The notes beneath the pieces are model-generated. The model was not told the DNA's origin, searched no databases, and saw only the letters and a program-made list of their open reading frames with translations. 64,000 nt of DNA from Octopus sinensis. Its lineage: Eukaryota. The DNA lies in assembly GCF_006345805.1 (NCBI RefSeq), contig NC_043021.1:25606001-25670000 (forward strand), given 5' to 3'. A program made the translations under genes and the position numbers. This document shows, piece by piece, positions 25,687 to 39,002 of the stretch (its first letter is position 1; every line of letters starts with the position of its first letter).

Positions 25687-27411
25687 GCCTGTCTGTCTGT
25701 CTGTCTGTCTGTCTGCCTGCCTGTCTGTCTGTCTGCCTGTCTTTCTATCTATGCATGACTAACACCCAACAACTGCTAACCATGGAAATGATGGCCCTGA
25801 AACACTCAGAACAAACAATCTACCTATAACAATGGACCTATGGAACCTGCACACTGACAGCATGATGAATCCAGAACCAGTTCTAACTGGAATGACCGGA
25901 CAACCACTACGCAACCCTCGGTCACCAACGACGGCCACAAATAGGTGTCCTGCAGGCATGAATCTAATTGCACATTGGATAATCTTTGCATGATTTGTAA
26001 TGCCCTGTGCACATGTGGTGAGGCCCTTATGCGTATGTTGGTGCCACAGCGGATTTTGTCAAGAATTGATATAGAAATCATGTTTCTATTTTGAAAGAAC
26101 TGAACAAGAGACACATCAATGGTGAATTTTCTCTGGCAACTGAAAAGCAACAAGATTAAATATGAGATTTCATGGTCAATTATTAAACATGCAAAACGCT
26201 ACAACACCCATTCTGGGACCAGTGGATTGTGCTCTGGAGAACTCCTATCAATTTTACTTCCTAGGGAAAAGGTCATTAATTAATCAACTGAATGGATTAC
26301 ACGTTGTTTACATGCCATGTAAGCCACCTTCAAATACTGCCACCCTGTAAACGCAGCACCGAACGGCCATAACCCACATTGAACAGTGAACACCATGTTA
26401 CCATTCAATAAATTGCTCTGTGCTCATGGACAGGTGTGTGGGCTTTTGCCCAGGTGTTGTTTATTGTTCTGTGCTTGCATGTGTGTCTGAGTAGTCCGAG
26501 TGTGAGTATGTGCAATCTGTGTGTGCGTATGCATGTGTAGAGTCGACGTGTTTCTATATGCCTGTGTGTGTGCGTATGTATGTGCTGAGTGGAGATCTCT
26601 GGCATGTGATGAAGTGTGCGTGCGTATATCTGTGTATGAACGTGTGTCTATATAATTGTGTGAGTGTATAAGTGTGCTTGCCTGCAGACATGTGAGACTG
26701 TGGGTGTCATTGTACATTTGGAGTTGTATGTGTCCTGTGCTCTGTGTGTGTGGGTGGGGTGAGCATTGCATGAGGGGGGTGAGTGTACGTATGGTAGTGT
26801 TGATGTGATCTCTGTATTTGTCTGGGTGGGTGAATCTTCGTCCCCTTGAGGGATGTATCCATGTGTGTAGGTGTGTTTCTGTATGTGTGTACGGCTGTAT
26901 GTGTGTGTGACTGACTGACACACATACATGTGGTGTGTGTTGGCGTGTGCCCACACGTATAACCATCTGTATGTCTTTGCATTGATTTAAACGTCTGAAT
27001 GTGTGTGTCTGTCTGTCTGTCTAGCAGTTAAAATCTCTCAATACAGTGAAACTCAAAAAGTAAATCTCCCAGCTTAAAACCTTATTATCTCACCTGAAGA
27101 GTCTTCTATGCACCGTGCATCACATCTGGTATGATGGTATCGGTCCACGCCCACAAGGGAGCAGTGCACCGTGAAGATGAAACAATTGTTGTGGTAATAT
27201 AAAACTTTTTTGTTGGTACATTCCATCTTCTCTTTTTATCTTTAATATACACCCAACTTCCATCCTGGAATTCCCAGAATTGTTTCAACGTTATTTGCTA
27301 AGTATTGCTGACGATGCCTGGTAGCCATAAGTGGTGAATGTGATCTGGGACTCATTCTGAAACAAGGTTTTCATAATGTGTTTAACATGTATTTTCTTAA
27401 CCTTACATATA

Positions 27412-27462
<51 letters not shown>

Positions 27463-27547
27463 GTGCATATATATATATTGGTAAAAACGGTAAGATAACA
27501 AAAGAAAGAAAGAGACCTCAATATTATGTAAATAGAGGAAATTTATC

Positions 27548-27762
27548 TATAAAATAATATGTTACATTACTCAATAGTCGAGATAAAACTCTGAGTTTCA
27601 GATGCCAAAGTGGAAATCCACAACACCATCTCTTCGGTTATCTGGCCATCTGAAAAAGCGTTTTTCAGATGGCCAGATAACCGAAGAGATGGTGTTGTGG
27701 ATTTCCACTTTGGCATCTGAAACTCAGAGTTTTATCTCGACTATTAGAGTAATGTAACATAT

Positions 27763-27771
<9 letters not shown>
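27548..27771. repeat. Near-perfect fold-back (about 110-bp arms, 3-nt loop) with two hammerhead-like motifs (family C)
   Basis: Arms differ by one indel; + copy 27676-27736, - copy 27582-27642. Confidence 0.85.
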
Positions 27772-27820
<49 letters not shown>

Positions 27821-28422
27821 ATATGTATATATGTATATATGTATATATGTATATATGTACATACATACATATATATATATACATGTGTGTATAAGCATGT
27901 ATGTAAGACCACACACAGACACACACACACACATACAAGGGATACTGAAAAGTTCCTGGCTTTGAGGGTATTGCAATAAATAAATCCAAAATTTCACTGG
28001 TTTAATTTCCATCACAGAAGAAAACCTCCACAATATGTTAGGGATTATTATAATAAGTATTATTAATATGGTAAGAGAATGGAGAGTTGAGAATGTATCG
28101 TTAATTTATTTGTATCATAGTTTGAAGTTGAAGTTTAAATACAGATAAATTTTGAAAAAATACAAAAGAAACTCAAAAACCTACAAATGTTTCGATTCTG
28201 GCCCCTTAGCAATGCATAATTTGAAGCATTTTGGTGAAATCCAATGTTAAGAATTGTTTATCATTTTAAACTGTATGGGGCAGAATCTCTTCGGAGTTTT
28301 TTTTTTCTTTGTTTTTATAAAACAAAGATTTGATATTTATTGAAAGGATTCAAATCAAAAAATATATGTATGTATGCATGTATGTATGTATGTTTGTATG
28401 TATGTATGTATGTATGTATGTA

Positions 28423-28484
<62 letters not shown>

Positions 28485-28730
28485 TGTATGTCTGCCTGTA
28501 TGTATGTATGTATGTATGTATTTATGTATGTGTGTGTGTGTATGTATGTATGTATGTATGTATGTATGTATGTATGTATGTATGTATGTATGTCTGCCTG
28601 TATGTATGTATGTCTGTATGTATGTATGTATGTATGTTTGTATGTATGTATGTATGTGTGTGTGTATGTCTGTATGTATGTATGTATGTGTGTGTGTATG
28701 TATGTATGTATGTATGTATGTATGTATGTA

Positions 28731-28771
<41 letters not shown>

Positions 28772-29108
28772 ATGGATGTATGTATCTATCAATAATTATT
28801 TCAGCTTAGTTATATAACTGATATTCTATCCACCAAAATTATCAAGTGAACGGCACAAAATCACAGACGAGATGCTGACATCCCCAATGCGCCTTTCTGG
28901 TGTTGAGCAATTGGTTATAAATATATATTTACACCACACATACAACAACAACAACAATAGCAGCAGCAGCAGCAGCAACTGTTGAATTGCTCCCAAATTG
29001 GCTCCTTGTTTTTAAAATCCATCCAGGCATCATATTTTGCTTAAGATCAAACCTGGACCCTTTGTTAAACCTGGACCCTTTGTTCATCAGCCTCTTCTTC
29101 TTTTGCAG

Positions 29109-29264
29109 TGTCGAGATTTCCATCAACTGAATTTGACATCAGCACAGATTTGTACGTTCATCAAGAACGTCTCAGCTTGTCATGACAATTCTGCCTGGTT
29201 TCCATACAATGAACTTCTCTACTGTCAGTTTGCAGACTACATCGGTTGGGGAGCCTTCCTCTTG
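29109..29264 (+). CDS. SLC8B1: NCLX exon (CRDFHQLNLTSAQICTFIKNVSACHDNSAWFPYNELLYCQFADYIGWGAFLL)
   Basis: ttttgcag acceptor, gtaagt donor, 156 nt, phase 0/0, Cys-rich N-terminal segment typical of NCLX. Confidence 0.9.
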
Positions 29265-29451
29265 GTAAGTGACGGACTGATTTTTGCTTGTCTTATCTGT
29301 AAAAATTCTGAAAAACCACCGTCCCCACCACACAATCCCCCCACCAACCTGCAACATCCTTCCCAACCACCCCACCATCACCTTCAAATCAGAATATGTA
29401 GTATGGTCCTCCACTTCAGGGAGATTTGGTAGACATGAAGATATGGTTTGC

Positions 29452-29685
29452 TGGGAGGTGTGGTATATCTAAAGGTAGATTGTATTTGTAGGTATGATAT
29501 ATCTGGAGGTGTGGTTTATCTGGAAGTATGATTTACCTGGAAGTATGGTATGCCTGGAGGTATGGTATGCCTGGAGGTGTGGTTTATCTGAAGGTATGGT
29601 ATGCCTGGAGGTATGGTTTATTTGGAAGTATGATTTATCTGGAGGTGTGGCATGCCTGGAGGTATGGTTTATTTGGAGGTATGGG
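29452..29685. repeat. 17-bp minisatellite (CTGGAGGTATGGTTTAT-like, about 14 units)
   Basis: Direct inspection. Confidence 0.85.
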
Positions 29686-30804
29686 CCTATGAGTTAAATC
29701 TAATCAAAGGGCTGACTTCCAACATGTCATAGGTTTACTCAGCCAGAGACTGCACAACAACAACAACAACGTCAGCTGCACCATCTTTATTTACTGCATA
29801 AAAGCAACTGCTTCCAAGAATATTTTCTCAACATCCAACACAATGACCAGGATATCTCCAAATCCAAGACTTACACCTTTGCAGACCATCGCTACCTTTT
29901 GTGTCCCTTCTAAAACATGGACATCACAAATCTGTCATCTTTGCTCTGCTAGCAGTGAAGGGGCAGGTGGCTTAGTGGTCAAGGGTGTTCAGATCATGAT
30001 TGCATGGTCATGAGTTCAAATCCCAGAGGTGTGTTGTGTGCTTGAGCAAGACACATGTTGCTCCAGTCCACTCAACTGGCAAAAATGAGTTGTACTTGTA
30101 TTTCAAAGGGGCCAACTTTGTCACATTCTGTGTTACACTGAATCTCTCCAAGAAATACGTTAAGGGAACATGCAGAATGCTCAGCTATTTGCACTTGAAT
30201 TTCATGATCAGGCTGTTCTGTTGACTGAATCAACTGGAATCTTTGTCATCGTAACCGAAGGAGAGTCAGTAACTCTACCAGCATCAATGAATGCCTTTTC
30301 TCCTCTTTACTCTTTCCACCTCCATTTCACTCCCATCTTTTTCAATTCATATTCCAATCAGTGAATGTGGGTTCAGACACAAACATGCTTCTGCATAGTT
30401 TCCTTGCTGTTAGACATCAATATTTTGTCATCTCCCCTTTTGTGGTTAGAATGCCTCATGAAAGGTTTGCAAGATGGATCCTTAAAACCAGGCCCACCGA
30501 CAGGAGGCCTAGATGTGAGATGGTGGGATAAGAATGTCCATCGCCTCAGATGGCCACACTTGGTGATCCAACCAGAAAGTCCAATGAGAGTTACTTCTAA
30601 AAGGTCCCTGCCAAGGTGCCTGACGATCCTGCCTCCAAGACTCTTCCAGGAATAGTGAGCTGCAAGAATTTATGTGTGGACCAATTCCCCACTTCTTCAC
30701 TGAAATCATTCCTTCATTGTGTCTCATTTCGTCCTCCACCCCCACCAAACCTTTCCCACCATCTTCTCCATCTTATGAAAGTTTTTTTCTTGTTCGTTTA
30801 ACAG

Positions 30805-30857
30805 GTTCTCTGGTGGTTGTTGTTGTTCTTGTTTTTGATGATCACTTCTGACCAATT
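30805..30857 (+). CDS. SLC8B1: NCLX exon (VLWWLLLFLFLMITSDQ-F)
   Basis: tttaacag acceptor, gtaagt donor, 53 nt, phase 0/2, hydrophobic TM segment; phase joins the next exon. Confidence 0.88.
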
Positions 30858-32173
30858 GTAAGTGAAACGGTCTTCCTTATATATATGATTGAAATTAATC
30901 ACCACTAATTACACTTATCGTTATTTTGTTGTCTCATAACTAAACAGTTTCTCTTCATGTTGAGGACATCATTCTCTGATTCAGTTTAGAAATGCCATCC
31001 ATTATTGGATCGGTGAGTTACCATTGATGGTTGTGTCTTTCAAAATTCAGAAAGTAAAATACCTTTCTACTAATTAATCGTAAACAATATTCACTCTGAG
31101 GTGTGCACACAAATTTGAATTGTGCACACATTTTATCTTTCTTTGTAAAGTTTGTGCATATCCATACATGGTGTGCACATCAACGTGCTTAATCATTGTT
31201 TAAATTCTATCTTAAAATATTTCTGTGCAGACAATGCTGTGGCCATCTGGTCTTCACAGCTGAGGGAGATTTGGCTATTATTTTTTTAATACATCAATTG
31301 ATTTATAGCAGAGGTGGGGAAACTTTTTTGTGCAGCAAGCAAAAATTTCCAAAGAAAAAGGTCTGTGGGCAGATCACAAGTTTTAATTTTATACCTGTGT
31401 AAACCTTGTATATATCTATGTATAATTCAAGACACATTAATAAAGGTAAGTTTAATGCATTAAATCAACAGGTAACATCTTCATTAATGCCGCCACTGAA
31501 TTTATGATGTTTTTATTACTTATGAGGTATTCTATATTTTTCCAGCTAGAGTGTAGTCGGATCTCAAGGGGGAGGGGGTACAAACCTACCAATATGTGTT
31601 TTATAGTGAAAACAAAATTTCCGTTCAAATGGCAATCACCGGATGATTTTCTGTTCAAGTCTAACTGTTTTAAATCGCAGTGGAAACACGACCTTTGTCA
31701 TAAATAAGCAAACGAATATTGTATAAATTTTAGGATTGAGAAATTTACTATATTTTGTACATACAAGTATACCAGGAGCAATAGAATGGGTACACGGGTG
31801 CAATTGCTTTATTGTGACTCCATTTGCTTTTTGCAGAATATTGTTGGGAGAATTATGCACAAGGCCATAATTACAGATTAAAGACCATTCAACAAGTCTG
31901 TCATCACTGCACACATAGTCGCACTTCTCTATGAACTTTATTCACAATCAGTGACGGGAGGTAGCTTAGTGGTTAGGGGATCTGGCTCACAATCGTCAGG
32001 TCGTGAGTTCAATTCCAAGTGGCACATTATGTCCTTGAGCAAGACACTTTATTTCACGTTGCTTCAGTCCATTCAACTGGCTAAAATGAGTGGTATCTGT
32101 ATTTCAAAGGGGCCAGCCTTGTCCCCTTCTGTGTCACACTGAATCTCCCTGAGAACTACATTAAGGGTACACA

Positions 32174-32338
32174 GGCGCAGGAGTGGCTGTGTGGCAAGTA
32201 GCTTGCTAACCAACCACATGGTTCCGGGTTCAGTCCCACTGCGTGGCATCTTGGGCAAGTGTCTTCTACTATAGCCCCGGGCCGACCAATGCCTTGTGAG
32301 TGGATTTGGTAGACGGAAACTGAAAGAAGCCTGTCGTA

Positions 32339-32383
<45 letters not shown>

Positions 32384-32606
32384 TTGTGTGTCTGTGTTTG
32401 TCCCCCTAGCATTGCTTGACAACCGATGCTGGTGTGTTTACGTCCCCATCACTTAGCGGTTCGGCAAAAGAGACCGATAGAATAAGTACTGGGCTTACAA
32501 AGAATAAGTCCCGGGGTCGATTTGCTCGACTAAAGGCGGTGCTCCAGCATGGCCGCAGTCAAATGACTGAAACAAGTAAAAGAGTAAAAGAGTAAAGAGT
32601 AAAGAG
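32174..32606 (+). mobile_element. tRNA-derived SINE with (GAGTAAA)n tail, nested in another SINE; other copies 50186-50605 (+), 54203-54608 (+), partial copies elsewhere
   Basis: Pol III-like A box TGGCTGTGTGG and B box GGTTCAGTCCC, CCTTGGGCAAG core, internal microsatellite. Confidence 0.85.
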
Positions 32607-33321
32607 TAGGTGTCTGTGGAGTACACAGCCACTTGCATGTTAATTTCACAAGTAGGCTGTTCCATTGATCGGATCAACCGGAACCCTCTTTGCTGAGTGT
32701 CAGTTGTTCACAATGAAATCGATTACCAAGACTTGCAAGTCCTGTTTCTTGGAACCCAAAAACTTATTAATTATCATTTAATAAAATACTGGGTCTTAAT
32801 TATTCGATGCAAAGAACGTATATTTTAGTAGGGCAGGAGTTAGGAGATTATACAATTACTAAGGGGTCATTCAAATGGAATCTCACCTTTTTTTCTTGTT
32901 GGGTTCACAATCAGTCTTTTTTTTTTGTATTTTATTTTCATTTTTTATTTGGTGAGGAAGAAAGGGCAGTGCTGGTGACCTTTGCAGATTCTTCAATATC
33001 GGTAAGACTGATATTAATGGAACCTCTTGAACCATTGTCAGTAAAACCTTGAGGAAAAGACATGATCTGTAGAGGGAGAGTTCCAGAAGGCCAACATTCT
33101 GTAAAGGAAGTACTAGGTGACAGGGATTAAGGAGGGGCATGGTGGGATTGGACACAACATTGATGACGAGAAAAGAAGAGACAAATAGGTCAAGTGGAGC
33201 TGATATAAAATCCAAACAATTCTGAGAAAGAGAAGCCATTCTTTTACAGAAGTCATTTTTTAAATTTGACGAAAACACAAACAAACCATTTAATGATTTC
33301 TTCTTTTTTTTTTGTTGACAG

Positions 33322-33379
33322 TTTGTGTCAGTCATTGCAAGTAATTACACAAACTTTACACCTGTCTCAGAATATTGCC
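33322..33379 (+). CDS. SLC8B1: NCLX exon (LCQSLQVITQTLHLSQNIA)
   Basis: ttgacag acceptor, 58 nt, followed by U12-type donor GTATCCTT; resembles FCP.L..I...L.LS.NVA. Confidence 0.92.
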
Positions 33380-34217
33380 GTATCCTTAAACAAATTCTTT
33401 ATTTCATATTCTGGTCTAAAGAACATCAAAAGTCTGAAGATGTTCCTACCTTTTGTTTTATTGATGAAGAGTGATTAAAATTTCAATCAGTTCAATAAAG
33501 AGATATTGTAAATATTGATATGATATGTTCTAATGTTGCTCTGATATAAACTAAAACATCCACTTGAAGCATGGCAATACTACAAGCATAACAAAATATT
33601 ATTCTACATAACAATTGTATTTTACGTTACATAATGTTATACTGCACATAAAACTATATTGCATCGGGTATTACACAACACCTTATTGCATTATATAACA
33701 ACAAATGACACACGACATGTTGTGTTCAAATAACAATGTGTTGTACAACAATATACTTATGTAATAATAGTATATTGCATTCCACAACAACATGCTTCAC
33801 TTCAGTTCTGTACTAATTCTGTGTCTGTTGTTATTTTTGTTGTTGTCAATATTGCGTGGCTCAGGAGGCAGCAAAGATGGCAGAATCGTTAGAATGTCAG
33901 GTATAATGCTTAGCCATAATTCCACCTGTTTGTATGTTCTGAGTTCAAATTTTGCTAAGGTCAACTTTGCCTTTCTTCTTGGGGTCAATAAATTAAGTAC
34001 CAGTTGAGCACTGGTGATGATGTAATCGACTTAACCCCTCTCCCAAATTTACTGGCCTTGGGCTAAAATTTGAAACCAATATTGTGTCTTAGTGTTGTTG
34101 TTTTTACTATTTTTGTTATTATCCACTTTTTCTCCTGTTGTCATTGCAACAGGAGAGCACAATACAGTAATTATAATTATCACACCTGTTGTTGTTACCT
34201 TAACTCCGCAAACTCAG
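33380..34217 (+). other. U12-type (minor spliceosome) GT-AG intron, phase 0, 838 nt
   Basis: 5'ss GTATCCTTAA; branch CCTTAAC at 34198-34204, 14 nt before the AG; no pyrimidine tract. Confidence 0.88.
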
Positions 34218-34329
34218 GGTGTCACCTTTCTGGCATTTGGAAATGGTGCCCCAGACATATTTTCTTCCATTGCAGCTGTGAAAAACGCCAAACATGGCGA
34301 TGCCAGTTTAGCGTTTGGTGCCTTATTTG
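34218..34329 (+). CDS. SLC8B1: NCLX exon, alpha-1 repeat (GVTFLAFGNGAPDIFSSIAAVKNAKHGDASLAFGALF-G)
   Basis: 112 nt, gtgagt donor, CaCA alpha-1 motif. Confidence 0.95.
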
Positions 34330-37104
34330 GTGAGTCAATGTCATTTCTTTTCTTTGTTTGATCCTTTAACTTGATGCTCTTTGACTGTTCTCGTCTTGTT
34401 TATGCTCTTCTCTGCCCGTTCCCAGTCTGCTTCTTGCTGCCATAGATGTCTGCCAGCACCCAACAAACACATCAGATAATATAAATCTAATACTCTGGGT
34501 GCAGCTGAACTCAGTCAATTTCAATTGTACAACTGCTCGCTGCTTCTGTGTCTCGGCCACCTTTATCAGCTGCTCTCTCACCACTCCACTCCTCCATGTC
34601 AGGCTCTTGATAGGTCATTAAAGTAGGTGTTGAACTGCCATCCTCTTCCGCCCACTCACCTCCTAGAAACAGTCTGACAAAGTGTTATTCAAAAGTTGGA
34701 CACATTTGAGAATAAATAAACCTGTGCACAAAGATGAGACAAAAAAAAAGGATATACATGAAATGATTTTTCTTTTTTTTTGAAACAGTGGATCTTGAAG
34801 CACATTGCATAAAGCTATAAACAACAGCATGCACATATTGGGCTGGAAAACCCTTTTTGATAGAAAAAGTCAAAGGCTGCTCATTGAGCTTGAACCCACA
34901 TCCCCTGCAGCATGACAGGCATTCTGCCAATGGACCAAAGTATTCTTTTGAATTTCTTTATCCATTTCAGAAATGTTATTCTTACCAGCAAGAACTCTAT
35001 ATTGTTGATGTCTCAACTTTTTCTATCCAAAAGGAATTTTCTACCCAATATATACATGCTATTGCTTGTAGCTTTATGTGATGTGCATTGAGATCCACTA
35101 TTCCAAAACAATTATTTCCCATTCACTTAAAATTTTATAAAATTCTTACAATGTCACTGATTTGTGTGTCTATCCTGTTGTATTCCATTCTTAATATGTT
35201 CTGGCAAACATGAATATGGGGCTGAAGTGGGCCAGAAGTACACGGTGAGTGACATCACACAAACAGCCAAGGGGCCTTGCCAGAAGGAGCGGTAGAGGTC
35301 ATGTAATGGAAGGACGGATGAGCATGGGCTTCTCTTGCTTTGGGGCTGTCACTTGGGACAGACATGGTGGCCATGTCAGTTAAGGGAATTTGCCATTAGC
35401 TTCTGGCTGGAGGTCAGTAGGTAGGGCCCTATGGATATATCCTAGCTAGAAAGGATCATTGATGTGAGTGGACCCGCAAGATGGATGAATTATGCCTTTT
35501 TCCCCCATATCACAATGAATTTGCTAATCCTGAAAGCAGAATCCATTCCCCAAAGATAAAACACAACAGCAGTTGACAGATCCATATTCAAATTTACCAA
35601 AACATAAAATGAATGAATATATACATATTGAACATATTTGCCTGGGCTTGAATAGGCCACATCGATTGGGGTTTAGCCAAATACAAACGTATTTAATGCT
35701 GTGGTCACTAAATACAAAGCAGTTTGTCAGGTGAAAAAGGTTACGGAGTAGAATCACAGAAGGTTTGGCTGAAAAATGGATCTATGAATGAATGAGACCC
35801 AAAACCTAATTAGAACTATATCCAACCCCCTTTTCCACCTGTATTAATTCTTCTGTCAAATTCTTCATCACCAGAACATCGGTCCTTATTCTCTGCTCAT
35901 GTCTTTCCTGTTTCATCCTTTAGCATTTAGATGGCTTTCTCAGTTGTGATGCTTGTTTATTTGCATTGTTCTCAACCGTGCATCATCTTATTGCTTCAAG
36001 TCTTCAACGATGTGATTGTTTATTTTTAGAATGACATTGCAGGGTAGGTGAGAGAGGTTGGATCTGGCCAGTTTTAACGTAAAACAAGTAGAGTATTTGA
36101 GCTGGATGTGGCCAGTTAAATGCTGGAGGTTGAAGCAGAACCTGAATGCGATTGTCTTCGCCACAGTCGAAGGGGCTGCAAAGGGTCATAGGCTTTGCAA
36201 GACACCGAATAATGGTAGAATAGAACCATTGCAGATGGATAACAGGCAGTTTAGATTTTATCTGATTAGTGAGAAGATTATTGTTGGTAATATTTGCTGA
36301 ATGTCAAACTGTGAGATTTTTTGTGTGAACTTATTGTTTTGTTGGCAAAGAGAGAAGATAGGAGGACAACGGAGCAAAAGTCAAACTCTTCTATTGTAAG
36401 AATAACAAGAGTTCAATGGGTGTTGAAGATAGTGATTGAGGGGAAGGGGTGGTGGTGGTGGCTATGGTGATGGTGGTGGTGGCTATGGTGATGGTGGTGG
36501 TGGCTATGGTGATGGTGGTGGCAGTGGTGATGATGGTAGTAGTGCTGGTGCTGGTGATGTTGCTTAAGCTTTCTGAGCCATTCAGGGGTGGGGGGTGGGG
36601 GTGGCAACTGTGCAAGTCATGTGTTTGTGGAGGATCCAAACCACAGGACTGCTCTGTGACCATTTTCAGAGAAGTATTCATTTCATTACGCAAAACTTAT
36701 GGCGGTGCCCCAGCATGGACACAGCTCAAGAGCTGAAACTAGAAAACATAAACATAAATAAATAAACATATTTGCATCAATATGTATGCTTAGCATATTA
36801 TAATACAATTCTATATTCACAAATTAATGCAAATAAAGAAAGCTAAAGCATCAAATTACCCAAACATCATGGCTTCATCTATGATTCAACTCTAAACATA
36901 AACACAAGCTACCCTTTATCTTTACAATGTACGGAAGACCTAGAATTGTACAAGATTGGAGAAATTTGGTTAGGCAAAAGAAACCAAGTGAAAAGGCTAG
37001 TACTAGGGTGCTATTTATATGTGTGTGTATATATGTATGAACAAAAGATGAAGACGGGTGTGTAAACAACAAACAAATGTATTGGGAAGTGAGAAAGTGA
37101 TGGT

Positions 37105-37140
<36 letters not shown>

Positions 37141-37143
<3 letters not shown>

Positions 37144-37345
37144 TAATCCCTCGACTATCGTGGGTGTTATGTTCTAAAACTCCCTGGAATAGGTGAAAAT
37201 CTGCCAAGTAGAAACAGTACTGCACTATTTTAAAAAATTATTTTTATAATTTGTATATATTTCTTTTATTATAAATGCAAAACAACACAACGGAGGAATC
37301 GGAGTAAGCTAAAACAATAAACCATGATATGGTGAGGGATTACTG
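37141..37345. mobile_element. pogo/Tigger-like MITE, copy 1
   Basis: TIRs CAGTAATCCCTC ... GAGGGATTACTG, inserted at TA, 205 bp. Confidence 0.8.
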
Positions 37346-37364
37346 CATATGTATATACATTCAT

Positions 37365-37904
37365 CTTCTCACACGGCCTTAGACTCAACTTAGAGGCCTA
37401 CATCAACTGCCTGGAGAAGGTAGTGCTTCCCTGGGTCAAGAGGGTAGCGGCTGGAAAAACTTATGTCTGACAACAGGACTCTACACCATGCCACTTAAGC
37501 AAGAGAACCCAGTCATAGTTGTCAGACAATTTCTGTGACCACATTACCCCTAACATCTGACCACCTAACTCCCCAGACTGTAACCCCTTGATCATTATGT
37601 GTGGGGATCAGTTGAGCAAGAGACCAATAAAACTCCTTGTAACACCAAAGATGAACTGAAAGCAAGGATTATGGCAGCATTCACCAACTTAAACAAGGAG
37701 ACCATCAAGAAGAGCTATAGGAGATTCTGAAGTCCTCTGGAGGCCAGGGTCGAAGCCAATGGCAATTTCTTTTAATAAATTTACTCTTTAGTATTTCAAG
37801 ATATTTTTATGTAATTTTGGTAAATATATCAGTTAAAATGAGATGCAAGTGTTATTTTCATTTTTGAGTAATTTAGATGACAGTTTATTCACAACACCTT
37901 GTAT

Positions 37905-37905
<1 letters not shown>
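37365..37905 (+). mobile_element. Tc1/mariner DD37D (maT-type) transposase 3' fragment, pseudogenised, with right TIR
   Basis: QQDSTPCH..RTQS*L...*PPNSPDCNP(L)D with 37-aa D-D spacing after repairing a 1-nt deletion; ends ...CAGTTTATTCACAACACCTTGTA. Confidence 0.85.
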
Positions 37906-37937
<32 letters not shown>

Positions 37938-38834
37938 GGACGTTAAATGATGATGATGATGATGATTATATGGTCAGTGGATCATATATCTGAAAAAGAA
38001 GTGGACTCTAAAGCATAAAGCAGTCCTGTATGTCCATGCAGTTAAATATGTGTCCAGTGATAGATTGACCAATGGTTTCACATCCATGAAGCACTTGGAT
38101 ATATATCAATGTATAATATATGTGTATGCAGGTATTTGTAGGTATGTATGTAATTATGTGTTGGAAGCATATGGCTTTGTGCTTATGGTGTTACACTCAT
38201 GAGCAAAAGATTGTGGTTTCAATTACTGGACTGGGCAATACATTATGTTCTTGAACAAAACACTTTATTTCATGTTGCTCCAGTCCACTCAGCTAACAAG
38301 AAGGAGTAACCCAGGCATCCTGTCAGGGGGTGTGGAATATACACACCACAAAATCCAGGAAACTCATTATGAGCCTAACGCTCAGGAAGGACCTTTGATC
38401 CTTTATATAGCTCTAGCCACTAAACCTTTTCTATTTTCTCTCCTTGTTTATTTCTGTGTTCCTTTCTGTCGAAGAGCGTAGGCTCAAATCAAAGGTTTGA
38501 TTTTTACCACTGTCAGTACATGTCCTCAGATTGACACCCAAACACTCTGAAATGTTCGTATTGGAGCTTCCAGTGTGAATTCCAAGCAGTACAGCATGTC
38601 ATTTCTGGCAGAGTGAATTGCATCATGGTGCTGTTTTTCTCACAGATGGTGCCCAACCGACCCTACTATACTGTGTAGTCAACAAAATCAAAAACAAACA
38701 ATGCCCATGGGTGAAATTAAAAAAATAAAATGGCAACAATTTACCCATCACATCCTGTATACATAATGGCTTTCTATCATTATTTATAGACATGTTCAAT
38801 TTGAAATTTATGTCCTGGTATTATTTGTTTCTAG

Positions 38835-39002
38835 GTGCTGGTCTGTTTGTCACAACAGTCGTTGCTGGGATCATTTCAATAATAAAACCCTTCAAATTAA
38901 TGGAAAGACCCTTCCTAAGAGATGTCATCTTCTACATGGTAACACTGTTTTTTGCCTTTTATGTTCTCTGGAAAAAAACCATCACAAAATTTGAATGCAT
39001 TG
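38835..39002 (+). CDS. SLC8B1: NCLX exon (AGLFVTTVVAGIISIIKPF...RPFLRDVIFY...ECI-G)
   Basis: tttctag acceptor, gtaagt donor, 168 nt, phase 1/1. Confidence 0.95.

Noticed and set aside
34120-34152. U2-like acceptor (..gcaacag) upstream of the alpha-1 exon
   Set aside because: Out of phase with the upstream donor; the U12 branch points to 34217
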